DNA from: Myxococcales bacterium
GTDB taxonomy: Bacteria; Myxococcota_A; Polyangia; DRWM01; JAAZOP01
Length of the DNA: 46,418 nucleotides
Direction of reading: 5' to 3'
NCBI GenBank assembly: GCA_012797735.1
Contig: JAAZOP010000066.1
Location: 1 to 46,418, forward strand
Shown: positions 16,501 through 23,700 of the stretch, one piece after another
Layout: the number at the start of each line of letters is the position of its first letter
How positions within the stretch are numbered: position 1 is the stretch's first letter
Made by a program: the position numbers and the translations under genes
Notes under the pieces: model-generated
Seen by the model: only the letters and a program-made list of their open reading frames with translations
Database searches by the model: none
Told to the model about the DNA's origin: nothing

Positions 16501-17978
16501 TGATCGTGCCGGGGCGGACGCGCGACGACTACGTCGAGTTGGTCAACGTCACGACCGAGGACCTCGACCTGACCGGCTGGACGCTGCGCATCTCCAGCTC
16601 CAGCGGCGCGCGCGACGAGTTCCCCCTCGACGGCGTGGTGCTGCCCGCCGGCGGCCGGAAATCGATCGTCGAGGACGGGGCGGAGTACGGCGGCGGCTGG
16701 CCGTTGCCGCGCACGCTGCCCTGGACCCCCGGCGGCTACGGCAGCGCGGCCCTGGTGGCGACCTACGAACGCGGGGTCGATTTCGTGCGTTGGGGCGGTT
16801 CTCCGGAGCGCCCGCCGGCGGGTCTCGAGTGGACCGACGACCGGCCGCTCCCCGCTCCCCAGACGCTCACGGTGCTCAACCGCATCGAGGAATCGTCCGA
16901 CGGCGATCGGGCGAGCGATTTCTGCGTGGCGCACCCGTCGCCCGACGAGGCGTCGGCGGGCTGCCTGCCGCGCCTGCCGCGCGGCGCGGTGCTCGTCACC
17001 GAACTCGATTCGCAGGGCACCAACGACCAGATCGAGGTGCTCAACCGTTCCGGCGGCCCGGTCGATCTCGCCGGCTGGGTCGTGCTGTGGGACGGCGACG
17101 ACCTCGGCGCCGGCGCGATCCCTCTGGCGTCGTACGAGCTGGCCGACGGCCAGCGTCTCGGGCTCCGGGACAACGGCACCGCCGGGCGGATCGTCTCGGG
17201 CGTCATGCAGCTCGGCGCCAACCTCAACATCGATGGCCTGATCACCACCGCCGTCGGCCTCCAGGACCCCTACGGCGACGTGATCGATTTCCTCGCCGCC
17301 GGTGGCTCGACCGTCCGCTGGCTCGACTGGAACGACACCCATCCCACACCGATGCCGGGCCCGGATACCTCGCTGTCCCGCCGCCCCGGCGACCCGGACA
17401 CCGACAGTTCGGACGACTTCTGCCTGACCGTGCCGAACATCGGCGCCGCGCCCACCGAGTGCCTCGAACCGCTCGGCATCCGGCTGGTGATCGCCGAGAT
17501 GATGACCGGGCGTCCCGACTGGATCGAGATCTACAACCCCGGCCCCGAGGCGGTGGACCTGTCGCAGGTCTACGTCTCGTACACCGCGCCGTTCTACGGC
17601 GGCGCCGTCGGCGACTTCCTGTTGCGGGGTACGCTGGCGCCCGGCGCGCGGCAGGTCGTCGCCGACCGGGATCTTCCGGACGTCGAGGGCGAACTGCTGT
17701 TCAGCGAGAACGTCCAGCTCGCCTCGAACGGTGACGGCTCGGTCGCGTTGCGCGACGTGTACGGCTTCGGCATCGACTTCGTGATGTGGGGCGAGCCCGC
17801 CGGCGTTCCGCTGTGGCCCGACGTGTGGTTCGGGCTCGGCGCCGACAAGTATCCGACGGACGAAGATTCGATCTCGATCCAGCGCCGTCCGCCCGGCGAG
17901 ACCGACACCGACCGCCGCGACGACTGGTGCTGGGCGCTCCCGACCCCGCTGGCGCCCAACGGGCCCTGCCTGGAATAG
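13515..17978 (+). CDS. giant exported ORF: subtilisin-like S8 peptidase, P-domain, CARDB-like, PKD, MYXO-CTERM-like tag, then in frame a lipoprotein signal, Ig-like domain and 3 lamin-tail-like (LTD) repeats
   Basis: Signal peptide LVVASLVALAAAAAADP. S8 triad contexts: VAVLDTG (Asp, 13989-13991), HGTNVGG (His, 14139-14141), GTSMAAPHVAG (Ser, 14682-14684). Proprotein-convertase-type P-domain ending GTWTLRVIDDTAGTEDG. PKD signature WDFGDGTTS...YEVRLTVTG. Three LTD-like repeats (VRITEV...YVELVN...LTGW; VLVTEL...QIEVLN...LAGW; LVIAEM...WIEIYN). No in-frame stop anywhere. Confidence 0.85.
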   Translation: MPNTAWSRTLSPLVVASLVALAAAAAADPVLVEFRSPDGTPLVAAGDAAVPWGRSAHEATRKQVEARAEAIATARAALLDSLDADLRARARGGYRHIPLVRMDLTAEQQAAVALHPLVAGVYPDRLRRPRLESSLAYLGAERWHAAGDDGSGTAVAVLDTGIRYWNGYFGACDAPGDEGCRVKVFEGFATLTFGSGTTDPYEVAEAEPHGTNVGGIVGGVAPGTDLLSLGVFAVYDPDPETGFSGGAASSDGDVVEALDWCIEHQVEYRIVAANMSLGSEPDPDLHGYCTGWMAGSYLSAFANTRAAGILPVVASGNEYVKTAVAAPSCVAAAVRVGAGYDDPAFGYTCGTGPVVPGAVLCFSNSSALIDFIAPGNDIDAAGLLGYSGTSMAAPHVAGLAAAYQARYGTDPLWTLERMRVDAVPVPEAFVDQPYIHRYIRMGDHDAVLRFDTGAVLASDFDGLPIPDGDPAGLSVSTEVTCASDDCVSGVVGAVYLDLNVEHTATGELAFELEAPDGTTVRHEVVDDAELGRYNVNSILGSQHLPNAFDALRGVPLEGTWTLRVIDDTAGTEDGALYRAALLIDSARVRLEGAIEGPRIARPGEPFSVALAFENTGNLEITDAPVEARLVRADTGAVVDAAPLALPVPLAPGATWSGSAELAGDDEGRYEVRLVTGGLTPDLRPGLVAEPFELAVTQRTFASFGTDPRVPEPEQNAQLVNWSVGLIDSYAWDFGDGTTSTEARPTHAWAAEGEYEVRLTVTGPDGTSTAARTVHVREILDPLLLAEGGGCGCAVPGSSARGTTAGLLLLLAGALALRRRRRASLWSPLVAVAVGLLAAGCDEIRPRDFDAGVDDSGLYPSGPWISLLGPADPTQGDVTLHLRLGHEGSRPCDLTVEYRVGEGAWRPATLDPSSVTTGLASSPEAGTEHALLWRSTTDLPGDTPGVRVRVSATDGEREAVPAVTEPFLLLNFFVTHPKPVRITEVSVADKDADSGEVIVPGRTRDDYVELVNVTTEDLDLTGWTLRISSSSGARDEFPLDGVVLPAGGRKSIVEDGAEYGGGWPLPRTLPWTPGGYGSAALVATYERGVDFVRWGGSPERPPAGLEWTDDRPLPAPQTLTVLNRIEESSDGDRASDFCVAHPSPDEASAGCLPRLPRGAVLVTELDSQGTNDQIEVLNRSGGPVDLAGWVVLWDGDDLGAGAIPLASYELADGQRLGLRDNGTAGRIVSGVMQLGANLNIDGLITTAVGLQDPYGDVIDFLAAGGSTVRWLDWNDTHPTPMPGPDTSLSRRPGDPDTDSSDDFCLTVPNIGAAPTECLEPLGIRLVIAEMMTGRPDWIEIYNPGPEAVDLSQVYVSYTAPFYGGAVGDFLLRGTLAPGARQVVADRDLPDVEGELLFSENVQLASNGDGSVALRDVYGFGIDFVMWGEPAGVPLWPDVWFGLGADKYPTDEDSISIQRRPPGETDTDRRDDWCWALPTPLAPNGPCLE
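15873..16034 (+). other. internal MYXO-CTERM-like sorting tag directly abutting a lipoprotein signal peptide (junction 1)
   Basis: GGGCGCAVPGSSARGTTAGLLLLLAGALALRRRRR, then ASLWSPLVAVAVGLLAAG-C. Lipobox Cys codon at 16032-16034. CTG at 15960 precedes the Arg run. Confidence 0.7.
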
Positions 17979-18006
17979 GCAAGAAATCGGCGCGCCGTCG
18001 CGCAGG

Positions 18007-18025
18007 CCGGCGGACCTTTCCGCCG
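18007..18025 (+). terminator. possible stem-loop downstream of the 1487-aa ORF
   Basis: CGGCGGA-CCTT-TCCGCCG (7-bp stem, 4-nt loop), with an overlapping alternative CTTTCC-N6-GGAAAG. No U-tract. Confidence 0.25.
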
Positions 18026-18033
18026 CCGGAAAG

Positions 18034-18063
18034 TTGCCCCGTGCGGATCGGCCCTTCTAGAAT
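18034..18063 (+). promoter_or_regulatory. candidate sigma-70-type promoter (TTGCCC-N18-TAGAAT)
   Basis: -35-like TTGCCC at 18034-18039 and -10-like TAGAAT at 18058-18063, in an AT-richer patch just upstream of the ATGs at 18075 and 18099. Confidence 0.35.
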
Positions 18064-18074
18064 GGCCGGCGGAC

Positions 18075-20561
18075 ATGAGGTTCCCGGGCGACTCCGTCAT
18101 GAGCGGCATTCAGATCATCCTGGGCGAGCGTTGGGCGACGGATCGCGCCGTCGTGGAGCGCCTGCGATCCCATGATCGGAACCAGGGCGCATTCGATTTC
18201 GCCAATGTTCTCGACGTGGTGGACATCTTCGTGGACGGCGCGAACATCGGCGCCGCCGCCAGCGCCGACGCGATCGCCTGCCTCACCCGCGACCTGCTCG
18301 CGGCCCTGGGCCGCCTCCAGTCGGGCGAGGAGCAGAAGGTCGCGGTGCCGTTCTACGAGTCGTCGTTCGAGCTGGTGATCCAGCGGGTCGCGCGTCCTGC
18401 TCCGGCCCTGCCGCCGCCCGGTCGCCGGCGGCGCGTCCGCCGGCCTGCGGTCGAGGAGCCGAGGGTCCTGCTGACGTTCTTCCGCGGGGGGCCCTCGCCG
18501 GAGATCCTGCTGCGCCATCACGAGGTGCGGCTGCGCGAACTGGCCCGCGCGGTGGCCGGCGCCGGCAAGCGGCTGGCGAACCAGATCGTGAAACTCAACC
18601 GGGCGATGGCCGAGGACGCCTTCGTCCGCGACCTGCGGCAGCTCGCCGAGCGGGTCGGGCAGGCCGGTCCGCCACCGGGCGCGATCGTGGAGCCCGAGCG
18701 GGCGAGGCTGGAGGGGCGGGGCTGGGACCGCATCCCGGTGCGCCACGTGCCGACGTTCGTGTTCCGCGGCGACGCCACCTGGAGCGATCTGCTCGGTCCC
18801 GCGCTTCCCGACCGCGCGGACCTGTCCGCCCTGCTGTTCCGCGGGGACCTTGCGGTGTGGGACGGGCCGCGGCGTCGTCTCGTCGGCCGGGGACACCTGT
18901 TCCTCGTCGCGGAGCGGCTGCTCGCCGTCGCCCGCCACCTGCTCGAGGCCCGCGACAACGGCCGCCCGCCCGCCTCGCTGCGCCTGCAGTGCAACGGCCT
19001 GCTGGTCGGCGTGCGGCCGGGGGAGGGCGACGAGGTGATCCTGTCGTTCGCCGATCGGGTCGACGACCAGGAGCCGGTCACCGTGGCGTTCCGCGACCCG
19101 GAGGCGCTGGTCGGCGTCCTGTTGACGTTCGGCGGCGACCTCCGCCGCGCGATCCTCGAGACGGCGCCCGCCCAGCGGCGCAACCTGCGGTTGCAGGCCT
19201 TCACCGCCGAGCTGCGCCAGCTCGGCGCCTGGCGCGCCGACCTGATGAGCAAGGCGGTGGTCAACCGCGACCCGGCGTCCTACCGCGTCGAGCCATTCGG
19301 CGAGAGCGAGCCGCCGGAGCCGCCGGTGCTGCCGGTGCTGCTCCACGGCGAGCCGCGCCGCATGCGCTACCTCGAGCGCTGGCACCTCGAGGCGGCCGGA
19401 CTGGAGCTGGGCTCGACGTACCTCTGCGGCGACCGGTTGCTCGTGCCCACGGCCGACGCGCTGCTGGCCATCGACCGCGACTCGGGCGAGGTGCTGTGGC
19501 GGTTGGCGGAGCCGAGCCCCGCGGGGCCGCCCGCCGCCGTCGCCTCGGTGATGGTCGGCAACCGCGGCGTGGCCCGCGTCTCGCCCGGGGGCCGCGTCGG
19601 CCTGCTCGAACTGGACACCGGCGCCGAGGTCTGGTCGACCCGCATCCGCCCCACCGTCGGCCGCCCGACCGGCACGACGCTCGGCAGCGCCCGCGCGCCG
19701 CGACTGATCGTGGTGGCCGAGGGCGCTGCGGCCGACCGCGGCCTCGTCGCGCTCGACGCGATCACCGGCGAGGCGCGCTGGCGTTTTGCGGCGCGGCGGG
19801 CCGCCGAGGACGCGACGTTCGAGTTCCAGCGCGCCGGCCGGATCCTGGTCGTCGTCTGCGGCGACTCGGCGATCTACGGCCTGGACGCCGACACCGGTGC
19901 CACCGTCTGGCGCTTCGCCGACCGGGTGCGCTTCGTGCTGCGCCCGCGCCTGGCGCGCGACATGGTCGTCGCCGTCGCCGGCCAGCCGGGGCGTCCCGGC
20001 GCCGCGCTCTACGCCCTCGATGCCTACTCCGGCCGCCCGATCTGGAAGCGCTCCATCCCCGGCGCGCCGCTCGCCGCCCCGACCGTCAGCCAGACCGTGG
20101 CGGTCGTCGCCACCGCCGACCCCGGCGGCGTCGGGCGCCCCGGCTTCACCGCCGTCGAAACGCTCACCGGAACCCCGCTGTGGCGCCGCAGCCTGCCGGG
20201 CCTCGAGCACGGATTCTCCGCGCTGCCGGTCGAGGAGCGGGTCGTGGTCAACGTCGCGGGCGGCTACGTCGCCGCCCTCGAGGCCCCCTCGGGCGACATC
20301 GCCTGGGAGCACCGCGCGGGCGGCGACACCTCCGACATCCCGCAACGCCTCGAGCCGATCCTCCGCGGGACGACGCTGTTCGTGCCGATGGACACGGTGC
20401 AGGTGCTGCGGGCCGACGACGGCGAGGTCGTCCACCGCCTCGACGACGGGCTGGTTCCCGACTGGGTCCGCGTCGACGAGCGCGCCCACCTGTACGTCGG
20501 CGAGCAGTCCGGCCATCTGGCCGCCTACGGCGTCGCCGCCCGGCTCGCCGTCGTGAAATAG
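18075..20561 (+). CDS. cytoplasmic protein: unknown ~430-aa N-terminal region plus C-terminal PQQ-like/BamB-like beta-propeller repeats
   Basis: No signal peptide. Repeats: LLAIDRDSGEVLWR, LLELDTGAEVWS, LVALDAITGEARWR, IYGLDADTGATVWR, LYALDAYSGRPIWK, AVETLTGTPLWR, VAALEAPSGDIAWE. ATG 18099 is an alternative start. Confidence 0.8.
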   Translation: MRFPGDSVMSGIQIILGERWATDRAVVERLRSHDRNQGAFDFANVLDVVDIFVDGANIGAAASADAIACLTRDLLAALGRLQSGEEQKVAVPFYESSFELVIQRVARPAPALPPPGRRRRVRRPAVEEPRVLLTFFRGGPSPEILLRHHEVRLRELARAVAGAGKRLANQIVKLNRAMAEDAFVRDLRQLAERVGQAGPPPGAIVEPERARLEGRGWDRIPVRHVPTFVFRGDATWSDLLGPALPDRADLSALLFRGDLAVWDGPRRRLVGRGHLFLVAERLLAVARHLLEARDNGRPPASLRLQCNGLLVGVRPGEGDEVILSFADRVDDQEPVTVAFRDPEALVGVLLTFGGDLRRAILETAPAQRRNLRLQAFTAELRQLGAWRADLMSKAVVNRDPASYRVEPFGESEPPEPPVLPVLLHGEPRRMRYLERWHLEAAGLELGSTYLCGDRLLVPTADALLAIDRDSGEVLWRLAEPSPAGPPAAVASVMVGNRGVARVSPGGRVGLLELDTGAEVWSTRIRPTVGRPTGTTLGSARAPRLIVVAEGAAADRGLVALDAITGEARWRFAARRAAEDATFEFQRAGRILVVVCGDSAIYGLDADTGATVWRFADRVRFVLRPRLARDMVVAVAGQPGRPGAALYALDAYSGRPIWKRSIPGAPLAAPTVSQTVAVVATADPGGVGRPGFTAVETLTGTPLWRRSLPGLEHGFSALPVEERVVVNVAGGYVAALEAPSGDIAWEHRAGGDTSDIPQRLEPILRGTTLFVPMDTVQVLRADDGEVVHRLDDGLVPDWVRVDERAHLYVGEQSGHLAAYGVAARLAVVK

Positions 20562-20788
20562 CGCGGGCCGGAGTCGCCCGGAAGCCGCTGGGCGGCGAGG
20601 AATCGGCCCGTCCGCCAGGGTGGAGCGTCGCCGGCGCCGCCCGGCGGTTCGGCCGCCGCCCGAATTCGCGGCGGAAATCCGGGCCGCCGCTGTTGCTGGC
20701 CCCCCCTTCGTACGCTACACTTCCTCCGTTCGTCGCGCGGCGCGGGAGGACGGCTTCCGGCGCCGGTGCGACGCGCGGAGGACTCGCG

Positions 20789-23700
20789 ATGATGCAGCGC
20801 GCACGGTGGCTGGCCCTGTTCCTGCTCTGGTTCGCCTTCCAGGCCTGCGACGGGGGCGGCTGCGGCGGCTGCATGGAGCCGATCCCGGGCGGCTTCCCGC
20901 TCGCCCGCCGGGTCGAGAACGCGCTCCAGTTCCGCTTCACCCCCTCCGGCATCACCTTCCTGGAGACGCACGCCCGCGAACTGGTCGCCTCGCTGATGCC
21001 GGGCGGTCTGACCTTCGACATCCCCGAGTCCCGATCCAGCGTCGCCGTCGTCGGCGACGTCACGATCTGCCCGGGCGGCGGCTGCACCGCCACCGTCTCG
21101 ATCCGCGGCGTCGACATCCAGCCGACGCCTCCCTCCTCGCTGGTCATCGTGGCGCAGCTCGAGGTGGTGACGTCGAACATCCGGCTCTCGACCGAGCGGA
21201 ACGCGACGTGCCTGTGGCTGTCGGGCTTCGAGTGCGACGTGGATGTCGACACCCGCCGCGCCTCGCCGACCTACAACACGATCCGCGCCACCTTGACGTT
21301 CCGGATCGACACGACGACGGGCTACACGGCCCTGGACGTGACCGACGCGGGCCTCGCCGACGACCTGCAGAACGAGGACATCCGGATCGAGTCCGCGAAC
21401 ACCTGCGGCGCCATCTGGTGTTCGATCGCCAACATCGGCTTCGTCAAGGACTACATCATCGGCACGCTCGAGGACCAGCTGATGAGCACGCTCGACGACT
21501 CGCTGGCCTCGATCCGCTGCATGGCCTGCCCCGACAGCGGCTGCCCGGCCGGCAGCACCTGCAACGGCGACGGCTTCTGCCAGCGTTCCGACGGGACGTG
21601 CGTGCCGACGCTGCTCGGCGTCGAGGGGCAGATGGACCTCGGCGACGTGATGGGTTCGTTCTCCCCCGGCCTGTCCGCCCCGATCCAGCTCCTCGCGGCG
21701 GCCGGCGGCTACGCCAACGTCGACGGCAACGGCCTGAATCTCGGCCTGTTCGGCGGCCTCGAGGCGCCGTCGCCGAGCGCGTGCATTCCGGCCGCCTCCA
21801 CCGGCGACTACTCGCCGGTCGCCCGCGCCCCCGAGTTCGCCACGGGCGACACGTTCACGCACTGCCGGCGCTGCCCGACCGGCTCCGAGTGTTCCGCCGG
21901 GTACACCTGCTCGCCGGCCGGCGAGTGCCGGGACGATGCCGGGGCCTGCGAGATGCGGACCGAGCCGGTGATGGTGAAGCTCGGCGTCTCCGAACAGTTC
22001 CTCAACCGCGCGCTGGGCGGCGTGTTCGACTCCGGCGCCCTCTGCCTCGGCGTCAGCACCGCCGCGGTCCCGCAGCTCAACTCCTCGATGCTCGGCCTGC
22101 TGATGCCCGCCATCTCCATCCTCACCTGGGATCGGACGGTGCCGGTCGCGATCGAGGTCCGCCCGCAGCGGCCGCCGCGGATCGAGGTCGGCGAGACGCT
22201 CACGCTGCCCGACGGCACGGACCTGCCGGCCGACACGCTGCTCGTCGTGCACCTCGACGAGGCGCAACTCGATTTCTACCTCTGGATGTTCGAGCGTTAC
22301 GTGCGGATCCTGACGGTGCAGATGGACCTGATCGTGGGCCTGCGCCTGGGAGTGGAGGACGGCGCGATCGTCCCGTCGATCAGCGCGCTGGCGGCCGACA
22401 ACGTCCTGGTCACCGACGCGGAGATCATCGGTCCGCCGAACAACATCAACGACCTGTTCCGCGACCTGCTCGGGCTGGTGGCGGGGATGATCCCGCCGTT
22501 CGACCCGATCGCGCTGCCGGAGTTCTCCGGTTTCCTGCTCCAGGTCCCCGACGGCGGCATCACGCACGTCGCCGTCGGCGAGGAGGATTTCCTGGCGATC
22601 CACGCCAACCTCGCCGTCGCCGCGGCGCCGGCGCCCCACACCGAGACCTTCGCCCGCGTCACGTCGCTCGACGTGCCCGCCGCGGCGCCCCGGCCGGGCC
22701 GCGAACCGGCGCGGCTGGCCGACCTCCTGCCGACGCTGACGATCGATGCCGCCGCCCGCGCTCCGGCGCCGACCGATCGCGCCTTCGACTACCGCTGGCG
22801 GCTGGACGGCGGGTCCTGGTCGCCCTGGACGCGCGATGCCCGGCTGGTGATCCGCGACCCGCGGCTGGTCTTCGCCGGCGACCACGTCGTCGAGGTCCAG
22901 TCAAGGCTGGCCGACGACGACCGGACGATCGACCGCGACCCGGTGCGGATCGAGCTGCCGGTCGAGGGCGCGGCGCCGCTGGTCGGCACGACGCACCGCC
23001 GCGATCCCTCCCGCGTCCCCTCCACCGGCCTGCGCGGCCGGCCCGACGCCGGCTCGACCTCGTCGTCGGGCTGCGGGTGCGCCGTGCCGGCCGGCCGGTC
23101 CCGGCCGCTCCCCCTGCTGCTCGGCCTGGCGCTCGGCGCCGTCCTCGTTTTGCGACGACGCTGCCGCGCCCTCCTGGCGCTCGCCGGCCTCGTCGCCGTC
23201 GCCGCGGCCGGCACGGCGGTCCTCGGCTGCGGCGACTCGAACAATCCCCCCGCGGACACGGTTTCGGGCTGCACCGCGGACGACCAGTGCAGCGACGGCC
23301 GCTGTTGCCCGGGCACGGGCGAGTGCGTTCCGCTCCCGCCGGCCGACGGGTTCTGTCCGCCCGGCTACGGCTGTCTGGACGGCTCGGGCAGCTTCGATCC
23401 GAGCTGGAATGCGGAGACCTGCGAGTACACGACGGACTGCTGCGCCGAACTGCCGCCGCTGCCGCAGGGCTTCGTCGGGTCGCACTCCGAGGTCGCCGCG
23501 GCGCCGGACGGCACGATCTGGGTCAGCGCCTACTCCGCCGGCCCCAGCTCCCGCTCGCCCTACGGCGACCTGGTCGCCGGCACCTGGGACGCCTCGACCG
23601 CCGCGGTGGACTGGGAGCACGTCGACGGAGTCCCCGCCGGCGTCACCCCGACCGGTTCGGTCACCGGGTGGCGCGGCGGGATCTCGCAGCCCGGCGACGA

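Noticed and set aside
18857-20788. Long N-terminal extensions of real genes in the track. Examples: 18857-20788 for the 1990-aa ORF; also 4053-4337, 8683-9681, 10916-11374, 11581-12231, 12743-13126, 25918..27936 upstream part, 31860-32348, 33833-34228, 36763-37089.
   Set aside because: The extension segments are Arg/Pro-rich filler and often overlap a neighbouring well-supported gene. Internal starts give proper signal peptides or family-typical N-termini, many with RBS-like purine runs or start/stop overlaps with the upstream gene.
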